Below are positions 10,493 through 21,303 of a stretch of 64,000 nt of DNA, piece by piece. This DNA comes from Peribolospora baueri (lineage: Eukaryota), in the NCBI GenBank assembly GCA_029717555.1, contig JAMDHS010000017.1:186001-250000 (forward strand). Reading direction: 5' to 3'. Positions within the stretch are counted from its first letter, which is position 1. Each line of letters starts with the position of its first letter. Made by a program: the position numbers and the translations under genes. A model generated the notes under the pieces. The model made no database searches, was not told the origin of the DNA, and saw only the letters and a program-made list of their open reading frames with translations.

Positions 10493-12760
10493 CTAGACGG
10501 ACACCGCCGGCGAGGCGACGCCCGCGCCGACGTTACGCCGCTCGTCGCCGACATTCTCAGGCTGACGCCGCTGCTCTCCATCGATCCATCTCCGCGTCTG
10601 CATCTCCAACCGATCATCGACGACGTCCGACGCGCTTCCCTCAGCCTCAGCCACCTCTCCCGCGGCGCTGCTCGCAGCCGCGAGTCCCTCCAAGCGATCG
10701 CAGCTCTCCATGCGAAGGGCCATGACATCGTCGAAGGACTCGACGAGTTTTCGGAGCGTCAGTTGGGGCTGGCGCTGGACTCTGAGGGCGGGAGAAGCGA
10801 AGGAAGCGGTCGCAGCCGCCGCTGCCGACGAGCCCGAGCCGGGCGCGGCGAGGGCATTGAGGGCGGAGGAGACGAGGGTCGAAGTAGGCAAGACGACGGA
10901 GGGGGAGGAAGAGGAGGCGACGACCAGAGACGGCGGCCTCGGCGCGGCGAGGTAGGACGACGGGGTGGAAGCGGAAGTGGAAATAGAATTGGACGGGTTG
11001 ACCGTTGGCGCACGGGACACGGGCGCATCGAGCTTCAACGCAGCGATGCTCATCTTCCTCTTGGACGAGTTGCGCTCGAGCTCTCGCTCCCGCTCCCGCG
11101 CAGAGTCAGCACCCGAAGGGACGTCACCGTCCCTCACGACGACGACCGGCGGCGGCGTGGAGGGCGGGGACAGGCGGGTCTGATGAACGGAGAAGCGGAA
11201 AGGGTGTTCCTCCTCCTCCTCCTCGTCCATCGCCGCGGTGTCCCCGCGCTCGGACAACGGCGATGGCGAGTGCGAAAGCTCGGTGATGATCACGTCGTCC
11301 GCACCGCCTGGCAGCCTCTTGGCCCTCTTCGCGACTCTGTCCGTCGCCTCCGCGTCGGCCTTCCCATCCGAGCCGTCGCCAGTGCGCGCCCCCGACTCGG
11401 ACCGCTTCCCCCTGCGCGCCCCCCATCCCCCTCCCCCTCCCCCTCCCGCCAAGAGACCGCCGGCCCAAGCACGCTCATACTCATAGAATCGCCCAAAGCC
11501 GCGGGCGATGCGTCGAGCATCCTCGCCAAAGGTGGTACTGTACGGGTCGGTGGCAGCAGCGGTGGTGGAGGAGAGGATCGTCGGTCCGTCTCGGTCATCT
11601 CCTCGACTTGTCCCAGGCCTGGTCGAAGCGGAGCGAAGGAAGCGACGGTCGGGGGAAATGCCGATGGGGGGGACGCCGACGCCAACGGACCAAGACGCGG
11701 AGGCGGAGGCGGCATCGAAGCGGAGCTGGTCATACCGGGCCCGCAAGGCGGCGAGGAAGGCGGGGCCGAGGTGGCCTCCGGCGCGGGTGTGGGGACGCTG
11801 AGTGAGGGAGGGGGCGGGGATGCGGATGGGGCGGTATCCGAACGGAGGTGGTGGAGGTGTGTGCGAGCGTTCCTTTTCCATTTCCGCGTCGGCATCGTCG
11901 CGGAGGGCCAATTCCACATCCCCGCTTTCCTCCATTGTCCCCGGCGCCTCGCCCTTGCCGCCTCGATCGTCGTCGTCATCCTCCATCCCATCTGCCCTCC
12001 CCGCCATTTCCTTTTCCTTTCCCTTCTCCTTCTCCGTTTGGCCCGCGGCGGACGCGGCGGCGGACATGACGGCGGACTGTATAGCGCTGACAGCTCCAGC
12101 TCCAGCTCGACAGGGCAGACTCGCCCTGCGGAGCTGGTCGAGCGTGCGTTCCAACGCCTTGGCCTCCTCGGAGGCTTGTGTAGCCGCAGCCTGGAGGGTC
12201 TCGAGGCGGTCCGAGGAGGAGGGGGTGCGGGTAGGAAGGGGGGCAAAAACGGAGGTGGTGGAGGGGCGATTGGAGGGATAGAGGGAAAAGAGCATGGCGG
12301 GGCGTTGCGGGTTGGAAGACGACGTTTCCGAGTCGTCCAAGAGCGAGAGGCGAGGGGAAGAGGAGGGCGAGGAGGACGGGGAGCGGGCGGCATGGGCGGT
12401 GGTCGACGTCGAAGTCGGTGTGCGAGCGTCGGCGTCGTCGTGGGCGGAGGAGCGGGACGGGGAGCGGTGGTGGCTGGGGAAGTGTGTGGTGAGACGTGGT
12501 GAAGAGGAGGAGGACGATGGGGGCGAGGCCAAGCACGGTGGTTGGTCTCCAGGCGGCCATAGCTCTTGCTCTCGCTCTCGCTCTTGCTCTTCGGGCCAGG
12601 CGGAGGGAAAGGACGAGAAACTCTCAGTGCGGCAAGCGTAAGCGGGAGCGGTGAAAGGCCGGGGTAGTCGGTGACGACTGGACGAGGGACGGGAGGTGGC
12701 CCGGGCGTCGTCTTCTGACGAGCAAGAGGAAATGCGGTAGAGGGAGGGACAAGTGGTCAT
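10493..12760 (-). CDS. Hypothetical intronless protein (755 aa), S/P/A-rich with short helical or coiled-coil islands
   Basis: ATG in gccATG context and a 2.27-kb open frame whose translation looks like a fungal disordered protein. Amphipathic segments include LETLQAAATQASEEAKALERTLDQLRR and QLTLRKLVESFDDVMALRMESCDRLEGLA. No family recognised. Confidence 0.7.
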   Translation of the reverse strand: MTTCPSLYRISSCSSEDDARATSRPSSSRHRLPRPFTAPAYACRTESFSSFPSAWPEEQEREREQELWPPGDQPPCLASPPSSSSSSPRLTTHFPSHHRSPSRSSAHDDADARTPTSTSTTAHAARSPSSSPSSSPRLSLLDDSETSSSNPQRPAMLFSLYPSNRPSTTSVFAPLPTRTPSSSDRLETLQAAATQASEEAKALERTLDQLRRASLPCRAGAGAVSAIQSAVMSAAASAAGQTEKEKGKEKEMAGRADGMEDDDDDRGGKGEAPGTMEESGDVELALRDDADAEMEKERSHTPPPPPFGYRPIRIPAPSLTQRPHTRAGGHLGPAFLAALRARYDQLRFDAASASASWSVGVGVPPIGISPDRRFLRSASTRPGTSRGDDRDGPTILSSTTAAATDPYSTTFGEDARRIARGFGRFYEYERAWAGGLLAGGGGGGGWGARRGKRSESGARTGDGSDGKADAEATDRVAKRAKRLPGGADDVIITELSHSPSPLSERGDTAAMDEEEEEEHPFRFSVHQTRLSPPSTPPPVVVVRDGDVPSGADSARERERELERNSSKRKMSIAALKLDAPVSRAPTVNPSNSISTSASTPSSYLAAPRPPSLVVASSSSPSVVLPTSTLVSSALNALAAPGSGSSAAAAATASFASPALRVQRQPQLTLRKLVESFDDVMALRMESCDRLEGLAAASSAAGEVAEAEGSASDVVDDRLEMQTRRWIDGEQRRQPENVGDERRNVGAGVASPAVSV

Positions 12761-15150
12761 GGCCGTCGATCACCGCCGGAGAGGAACGGTGAACGATTAT
12801 TTCGTTTGTGGAAGGGGGACGGGTGCGATGGAAGGCGAGGTGAGGGCGAGCGAGCGAGCGATCTAAATCGGGCTCGGTGGGATGGAAGGGAGGAGAGACG
12901 AGCGCGGACGAGGGCGTGCCTTTTTACGGGGCGGTGGATGGGAATTGAACGTACGTTGGGGGGCGCTCGTCAAGAAAGCAGCGTCGTCGTAGACGGCCGG
13001 CGACGGGTTGTTGAGTGGCTCGGAGGATAGGATAGGATAGGGTGCGGGGTACCGAAAGCGGAAGCCGAAAGCGGAAGCCGAAAAGAAAGCCGCTCGTCCG
13101 TTGTCGGTCAAGTCATGTATGTATGGATGGATGGATCGGGGTCCGAATACGCAGCAGCAGCGACACGGGGAGGGCGTCTTTGATGCGGGCGGCGATGCTA
13201 ATTGTTCGCCGCCTCGCTCACTTCACTCACTGCATGGCTCGCTGGCGGTCGGTGTGGTGAGGTCTGTCTGGACCGTGGTCTCCCTGGCTTCGTCCGCTCT
13301 GGCCTGGGTCGGCGGTGGATGATGGGCGGGAGCTAGACAGGACAGACAGGCACAGCGACGAGGGAGACAAGAGAGGGAGGGCCGACGACGACGGACGAAG
13401 TGGAACAAGCGATCGGCTTGGAGGCGTCCCGAGGGCAGCCAGGCATAGTAATAGTACTAAGGCATCCCTAGCCAAGTTAGTGTCGACCGCTAATCTCGGC
13501 CGCTCGCCTTTCTTTCTTTCCCATGCCTGCACCCGCTCGCTTCCGACGTGGCGCTCAGCCTCAGCGTTCTCGAACCTCCACCGCCGGCCGTCTCGGCCCA
13601 CGGCCGGCGTGCACGTGATGTGGGCGCACGAGAGAGAGAGAGGAGAGAGAGGAGAAGACAGGGAGACACGCCGATCACGACCGACGCACGCTCACGTCAC
13701 GCTCAGGTCCACCAAACGCGAGTTGTTTTTTGCTTTATTACTTCTATTATCATCTTCTTTTCGCGTGGCCACCGTCGACGTTGGACGTTGGACAGAGGAC
13801 GGAAGGACGGAGGGATGGGCCTAGACGAACTGCGGCGACGACGAGGACCGTCTGGACCGTGGCCTGGCCTAGCCTGACGCAGCCTGGCCGGTTCGGCGAT
13901 GACCCGCATAGGCACCTCCCTTGCTTTTCTTCCGTGTCCTTCCCTCCCGAAACGTGTCCAGGGGTTCCCCCCTCAAGGTCGATCAATGCTTAGTCATCTC
14001 GCCACACGCGACCTGACGCGACGCGCCCGTCCGCCGTCTTCCATCGTCCCGCTCGTCTCACCAAAGCGTCCACCGACGGACAGCGAGGACGACGGCGATG
14101 GGGATATACATACATACGCAACAGGCACACGAGACGACGATATACGAAGACGAAGAGAACAGACACCCCCTCATCACTGCCTCTTTCCCCCGTTTCCTTC
14201 TGTCCAGAGCAGGTCCCGTCCGGTCAGCCCAATAACCTGCCACCCGAGACACGTCCCGCGCGCCACGTCGTCCGCTCGTCCCGTCCTCATCGACCGTCCG
14301 GCGGTCGCTTGCTTGCTTGCTTACTTCCTGTCCTGCGCGTCGAGCAGCTGGCTGGTTGGATGCCCCCGTTCGTGCGACGAAGAACCCCAGGCGGTGCGTC
14401 GGTCGATCGGTGTGTTTGGACGTCTTCCCCTTGCTTTGTTTTTATTCCATCTAACCATCCGTCTCTCCCGTCCACTCGCCCGACTTGCCATCATATCATT
14501 CTCGCATTCGCCTATCAGATCGCCACCCATACACCTCGCCCGCTCACGCATGATCTACGTCCACATTCACATACCGCGCCCGCGCTCTTCCCCCATCTAG
14601 CTTGACTAGCTTTTTTCTCTCCTCCCTCCCCTCCGCCAGTCCAATCCAATCCTCGAGCTATCTCTCGCACTCCTTCATCTTGTCGGTATGCTCCTCACTA
14701 GCCCGTGTCTACCTACCTATACAGCCCATCGCCTATCTCAAGCACACCCTGGGCCCTCTCTTGGTCGTTCGCCTCGGCCCGAACGGCCCGCCCACAGGCC
14801 CACCGTCCTCACCCGTCTTGGCTAGCCATCCCGGCCCGCACCCAATCCGCCGTCGATGTCGCTGAAAACCCGCCTCTCCCTCTTCGCCTTTTAAATGTCC
14901 CCTCGCACCACCACCACTGCCGACGGTCTCTTCCTCCTCCTTCCTTCCTTCACACCTCCCCTTCTTCCTCAAGCTGGCCGATGGGCAGTAGCCGACGTCC
15001 GGACGTCGCTTCTGTTCTCCTTCCTCAAGCCCCCGTTCTTCTTTCCTCGGCCCCTTCCACCGCCAGTCGGTCCCAGTCCCCTCTTTCCCTTTCCGTTCAG
15101 AAGAAGCGACGATTCGGGTCATGCGAAGAGAACGTTCATCACACGGCTCG

Positions 15151-17071
15151 ATGCCGCGTTTACCCCTCGCCGCAGGATCCGGCCTTTTCACGCGCCCCTC
15201 CCTCCTCTTGCTCTTCTTCTTTTTCTTTGCTTCTTCCAACCACTTTCACCTCTCCGCCGCTCAGCCGACGACCTCACCAGGCTCTCTCGCCTCTCGACCC
15301 TCGCTGTCCCTCTCCCCCATCCCTGCCCGCTCCATCGATCTCACTCCCTCCGAGTCGGTCGGCGTCGGCTCCGGACAGACGCCCGACGGCCTTCAGGACG
15401 GAAACGCTCACCTCTGGCTCGGACTCGTCCTCGGTTCCGTGCCCAGCAGAAACAACGATCTGGCGGTGTGAGTCCCCCGTCTTTCCAGTCCACCAGGCTT
15501 CCGTTCGATCCAGTCGGCTTGACCTGTCCTTTCGTTCGCTCTTCCTTCCTCCCTCTTGTCCCCCTTCGCCCCTCCCAGATCGCTCATTTACTTCTTCGCC
15601 TACCTCGTTCTCCTTCCCGTCGTTCTCTACCGCCTCCTCCGACGGACGACCCTTCTCGTCTCCGTACTCATCCCCACCGCCTTCTTCATCGTCGGCCGGA
15701 CATGCACCTTCGCTCTCAGGTGCGTAGCGTAACCTGACCTGATCTGCCTTCGCGCTCGTCCGTCAGCCCATCGGCGCTCCATCTCATTGCCTTCGTTTCG
15801 CTTCCCACATCAGGGCATGGATGTCGAACAACGATGTGGACACGTCTCGCGTCGTCTCTGAGCATATTCTCCTCCTCCTCTTGACTCCTTTCCTGGTGAG
15901 CGATGGCGACACTGTCCCTTTTGTCTTTCCATCCGCGCCTCGCATCACCGTCTCACCCTTTCTTTCGTCCCTCCCCTCGCCATCGCAGATCGACCCCTTC
16001 CTTCACCTCCTCTCCTTCCACGCCCTCCAGAGCCCGCTCGCCCCCGATGCGGCCGTGCACGGCGCGTGGGTGACGCCCGTGTCCCGTGTTCTCAGGCTGG
16101 CCAACTTTGTCGCCTTTGTCCTCCTCGTACCCGCCGCCGTCCAGTTCGCAGCCTTCTTCCTCGGCCTCGACCAGGACCTCCAGGATTGGGGCACCGGCGA
16201 CGCCGTCAATGCGACGAACGCCCCCTTCGGCCACTCCGTCAAGGGCCAGATGGTCAACTTGGTCGCTCGCTCGCCCCACCGACTCACATCGCGCTGGGGC
16301 TCGGACTGGAATGACACGTCCTACCCGTACGCGGATGAGAACACCAGCAACCTCTACCTGATCGCCGCGGCGCCGCACCCGCTATTGGTGTTGCCGCTGC
16401 TCTCGGCGCTCATCACGCTCCTCCTGCTCTGTTTCACGCTCTTTATCCTCCTATTCGCCTCCTCCTCTCTGCGCCTCCCGCGCCAGCCGTCCATCCACCT
16501 CCTCACAGGCCTCTCCCTCCTCGCGGCCAATTACGTTTACCGCACCGCCTGGGCCTGGCAGGGCGTGAACGACCTCCAGGATAGCTCCTACGCCTGGCCC
16601 GTGCGCGGGCAGTGGGAGGTCGGCGTCGGCGTAGGGCCCGACGGCGGCAGGCAGGGCATCCTCTGGGACGACTTGAGGTTCTGCGGGAGGAACCTGTTTG
16701 GCAAGCCTGTGGTGTTTTACTTGCTCTTCGCCCTCTCTGAGTGGTGAGCGCCGTCCGTCCGTTCTCCGTCTCCATCCGGTCCCCCACCACTGACTCTATC
16801 CCGTTTCTCCGTCGCCACACGCTGGCATTCGCGGTTTTTCCTCCCTTTTTCCCCCCGGTCGATCGACTCTCGTCCATACATACGATACGATACGGACAGG
16901 CTCGCTTGCCTCCTCCTGCTCTCCGCGCACGCGCCCCAAGAAGTGCAGTCCGCCGCCGATCCGCCAGAGGAGGATGCGCCGAAGGAGGGCGGTGGCGGCG
17001 GCGGCGGCGGCGGCGATGGCGGAGGGTCGGAGGGTGGAGAGGACGGGGGCGAGGGCGAGAAGGCGGCCTAG
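15151..17071 (+). CDS. Signal-peptide-bearing multi-pass membrane protein, RTA1/DUF3112-like; exons 15151-15467, 15579-15719, 15814-15895, 15989-16743, 16900-17071
   Basis: Four GT..CAG introns join in frame: MPRLPLAAGSGLFTRPSLLLLFFFFFASS...GSVPSRNNDLAV|SLIYFFAYLVLLPVVLYRLL..AFFIVGRTCTFALR|AWMSNN..HILLLLLTPFL|IDPFL...NYVYRTAW...VVFYLLFALSEW|LACLLLLSAH...EKAA*. An alternative in-frame ATG is at 15121. The family call rests on motif resemblance only. Confidence 0.72.
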
Positions 17072-17919
17072 CTTAGCCTAGCCTAGTCCACTTGTACACC
17101 TTACACCTGGGATCGCGTGTGTGTACGTTCCGCGTCCGGTCCGGTCGTCTTGGGAAGAACTGGGGTCACCTGCCCGGGGTGGGGGGGTGGGGGGGCGGGC
17201 TCGCTCGGGTCTCTTTGTGTCCCGTAGCTGGACCGGCGATCCCGATGTCTCTTGACATGTACATATTCATTTCATTTCATGAACCGAATATTCAGGAAGG
17301 TTAGAGGGGAGGGAGTGTGCACCCTAGCCAATGTTTTCAGGGTGGGCTGCGACGCTTTCTGTTCTGTTCGATGATCGCGTGATGTCTGGTCGCGTGAAAG
17401 GATGGAAGGATCCGGACTTATCGGTTTCCACAGCACGTCCGGCCGCCCGCTAGCCGATCGGGCGAGAGCGCCGATCCGGCTTAGCCCACAATCCTCCGTC
17501 TTTCCGTCCGTCCGTCAGCCGTCAGGCGGGGACGGCGAGTATGAGAGGATGAGAGGAGGAGGTGGTGGTGCCTGCTTATCCAAGGTCGGCTCGGCCGGAT
17601 GGTATCCTCGCTTCGCTTCATCCCACACACACCCTTCGCTCCATACCGCCCTCAGGAGGCCAGTGGAGCTCCTGATAGGCGCCGTGTCGTCGTTGTCGTT
17701 AAGAGCCATCCATCCTCCTTTCTATCTTTCTCCAAGTCAGGCGCACCTTGCCTCGCCCGCCCACGACATCACGAGTGCAGCGACGCAACGCGATCGTCCA
17801 CACGAGTAGAAGGACGACGCGAGCATTCGCAAACACGTACATATACCTCGCACCGAACCGAACCCGAATCTCAATCCCAATCCCAATCCATCCTCGCGCG
17901 AGCCAGGCAGCGATCCGCC

Positions 17920-20726
17920 ATGTCCCCGCCGCCGCCCGCACTTGCCGACGTCGAGGCGCAGACCGATGGCGACGGCGCTCCGCGACGGCAGGCGCGCGAG
18001 GACGAGGCGGAGGCCGATGAGCGCACCGCCCTCCTCGCTCCCTCCTCCTCCTCCTCCGCGCGCGCAAAGAGACGTGGTCGCGCGGTAGCGGCGGCTGGCG
18101 AGGTCCAGGAGGAGGAAGGGGAGGACAGGAGGAAGGCAGATAGGTTCGCGGTAAAGGTCCTCAGGGTGCTCCTCGTCTTGCTCGTCGTCATGTTCGTCCT
18201 CCTCGGCTTGGCGATCGTGGTCAAGACCTTGAACGGTGAGCGTCGGCGCGTCGAATCTCCGGCATGAGGTCAGAAATGGCTTCTTCTTCTTGTTCTTCTT
18301 CTTGCTCTTCTTGTTCTTCTTGTTCTTGTTCTTGTTCTTGTTCTTCTTGTTCTTCTTGTTCTTGTTCTTCTTGTTCTTGTTCTTGTTCTTCTTGTTCTTG
18401 TTGTTGTTGTTCTTCTTCTTTTTCTTCTTCTTCTTCTTCTTCTTCTTCTTCTTCTTCTTCTTCTTCTTCTTCTTCTTCTTCTTCAATTCCGTTCTCACTC
18501 CCATCTCTCCATCCTCTCCACTCTCCCCCACAGCCGATCCAGCCGGGCCCCGCAATCCCGCCTACCTCATCCGGGCCGAGCACGGCGCGGTCGCGAGCGA
18601 AAACGTCATCTGCTCTAACATCGGCGTCGATGGTGAGTCATGAATGGACTCCCTGGACGGTCCCGTCGTGTCAGATGTCAGGCCGCCTCGCATTCACCTC
18701 TCTTGTCTCGTCCGTCTGCGCGCCTTCGCCAGTCCTCAAAGATGGCGGCTCAGCGACGGACGCGGCCATCGCGACGTGTCTCTGCATCGGCACTCTGAAC
18801 ATGTTCAGCTCAGGCATCGGAGGCGGGGGCTTCATGACCATCCGACCCGGTTCCAGCTCGCGTAACTCTACTGCTTCGAACCGCGAGGGCGGAGATGGCG
18901 ACGACGACTACACCGGTCCGATCACCATCGACTTCCGCGAGACGGCCCCCGCACTGGCCAACACGACGATGTACGTCAGCCGGCCTCACGCCAGCCAGGT
19001 CGGAGGCCTGGCCGTCGGCGTGCCGGGCGAGCTTAGGGGCCTCCAGGAGGCGCACAAGCAATTCGGCAAGCTCGAGTGGAGGAGACTCGTCGAGCCTAGT
19101 GCCAGGCTCGCCACTGAGGGATGGAAGGTTCAGAAGCACCTCGCCTTCGTACTCAGCGTGAGTCGCCGCGGCCGCGGAGGCTCCAGGGCGACGCGTCCCA
19201 GCTCGCTCATTTCTTCTCCCCTCCTCGTCCCTTCGCACCGTTCTCCTTTCCACCAAAGCTCGTCGGCGACTTTATGCTCACCGACCCAGACTGGTCCATG
19301 TTTCTCCGGCCCCGGAAACGCGCTTCCGATCCCCTGCGGCTGGTGCGGGAAGGAGATCTGATCCGAAGAGAGGCGTATGGACGGACGTTGTATGAGATTG
19401 CTGACAAGGGCGCTGACGTCTTTTACGAGGTGCGTACGGGGATCGATCGAGAGCTAGACCGGTCGGCTTTGGGCCGCGCCGAGTGAGACGCCGTACCGAT
19501 CCCTCCTTCGTCCTCCTCCGTTCTCATTCCTTCGTCCCCAGGGCTTCATCGCAGACGCCCTCGTGGCAAAAATCAATGCGACGGGGGGCATCCTCCAACC
19601 CTCCGACCTAAGCTCCTACCGTGCCATCGTCGCCCCAGCCCTTCAAGGCACCTACAGGGGCTACAAAGTGTACACCACGAATACGCCCACGAGTGGACCT
19701 GTGCTGCTGAGCATGTTGAACATTGTTGAAGGGTGGAAGGATTGGAAGGAGGAAGGGCGCACGGGGAAGGCGGTGCATCGGATCGTTGAAGCGATGAAAC
19801 GTGAGTCCAGAGTGAATACACCGGAGGGCATCCGGTCTCTCTCTCACACATGTCACGACATCCCTTTTTCTCTCCTTTCACTTCGTTACAGATGGCTCAG
19901 CTCAGCGCACCGAATTGGGCGATCCGGCGTTCATCCATAACGAACGCCGGATCCGCGAAATCCCCACAAAGGCCGAGGCGGACCGCGTAAGGGCCAACAT
20001 CAGTGACGATCGGACCCATCCTGTCGATTACTACCACCCCCGGTACGACATTAACTATGACCATGGAACCGTGAGTCCCACTAGGGAGGGGAAATAAACT
20101 GCTTTCCATTGGCGTGTCCAGACGTGTTGACCCGCTCGCTCTCTGTGCTTCAGACTCACCTTTCGGTCATAGACGCGGACGGCGAAGCAGTGGCGTTGAC
20201 GTCCACGGTGAACCTCATCTTCGGATCACACGTGATGGATCCGGTGACCGGGGTGATCCTGAACGACCAGCTCGACGACACATCCACGCCTGGCACGCCC
20301 AACGCGTTCGGCTTGCGACCGTCGCCGTTCAACTACCCGGAGCCGGGCAAGCGACCTCTGTCATCGACGTCCCCCACGGTCATCGAGCGACCGGACGGCT
20401 CGTTATACCTCACTATAGGCGGCAGCGGGGGCAGTAGGATCTTTGGCTCGGTGTTCCAGGTGATCCTCAACCTCGAGTGGGGTTTCGACATCTCGAAAGC
20501 GATCGAGGAACCTCGGGTACACCATCAGCTCCTCCCGACGCCCGTGAGCATCGAGACGACGTACCCGAGCCACCTGATCGACGAGCTGAAGGAGAGAGGA
20601 CACGAGGTCAGTATGCTCGACATTCGTCTCGGCGTTGCGTCGGTGGAGGCCGTCCTCCGAGACGACGAGGGCGTCACTTGGGCCGCGAGCGATAGTAGGA
20701 AAGACGGCGTTGCGGCTGGCTACTAG
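17920..20726 (+). CDS. ECM38: Gamma-glutamyltranspeptidase (type II membrane-anchored, Ntn hydrolase), 7 exons
   Basis: N-terminal TM (VLLVLLVVMFVLLGLAIVV), GAVASENVICSNIG, LKDGGSATDAAIA..CIG..NMFSSGIGGGGFM, IDFRETAP, VGVPGELRG, RTELGDPAF, autocleavage site DHG/T|THLSV, LTSTVNLIFGS, GVILNDQLDD, PGKRPLSSTSP, GGSGGSRI, SDSRKDG. Introns start at 18236, 18633, 19158, 19430, 19801 and 20071. Confidence 0.95.
18281..18484. repeat. ~204-nt compound (TTC/TTG)n trinucleotide repeat in GGT intron 1
   Basis: Mixed TTC/TTG triplets ending in a near-pure (TTC)n run, inside intron 18236-18533 (GTGAGC..CAG). Confidence 0.97.
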
Positions 20727-21303
20727 ACGGCAAGCGATGGACGAGGGCTTCGCTTGCATGTATTTGAACTGGGAGAGGAAATGAGTTATCGTACTTGAAA
20801 ACCACACACAGGTGCTGGACACGTTGTAGCGCTCGGCGTCATTGTCGAAGCCCTTTTTTTTTCTCCTCGATCGACGTCGCCGTCCGTCAGGATCGCAGCC
20901 GCCTAGAGGGCCCACCTCACCTCACGGGCAAGTCAGAAGGTCACCTCTTCCTTTTTCACCGCTACACTTGACAAACATCATCGCCATATTTGCCGGAGGA
21001 AGACGGCAGCGAGAGCTTGTTGCTGTCACGTGATGAAGCACATTATGACGGATGGAAGGGCGAGGCTGTTCGCTTCGTTCGTTCGTGTGCCCTCACCGGT
21101 CGCATCTTCCTAGCAGTCTATTACATACGACTGCGTCCGATCCATTTTACCAGAGGATACCCCTCCCTCTCTTCGGCTGGCTTCCTTGAGGCGGCCTTTT
21201 GCGGAAGTGTCAGCAGTGCTCCCGCGTCGCGCATCTTCCAGCGCAAGCGGCATCGCATCGCATTCGTGTCATCTGGACAGTCGAGCCAGCACAGCACGTC
21301 AGC

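Noticed and set aside
10394..12502. 702-aa + strand ORF antisense to the 755-aa orphan
   Set aside because: R/G-rich shadow translation typical of high-GC antisense frames. No motifs, and the - strand reads more like a real protein.
17737..18643. Poly-K/N, poly-E/Q and poly-F/L ORFs
   Set aside because: These are translations of the intronic TTC/TTG repeat, which cannot contain stops in any frame.
18264..19361. ATG in GGT intron 1 giving a Ser/Cys-rich ORF that rejoins the GGT frame in exon 3
   Set aside because: It needs retention of two introns and loses the conserved GAVASE..CSNIG strand. Best explained as a chance frame through the repeat.
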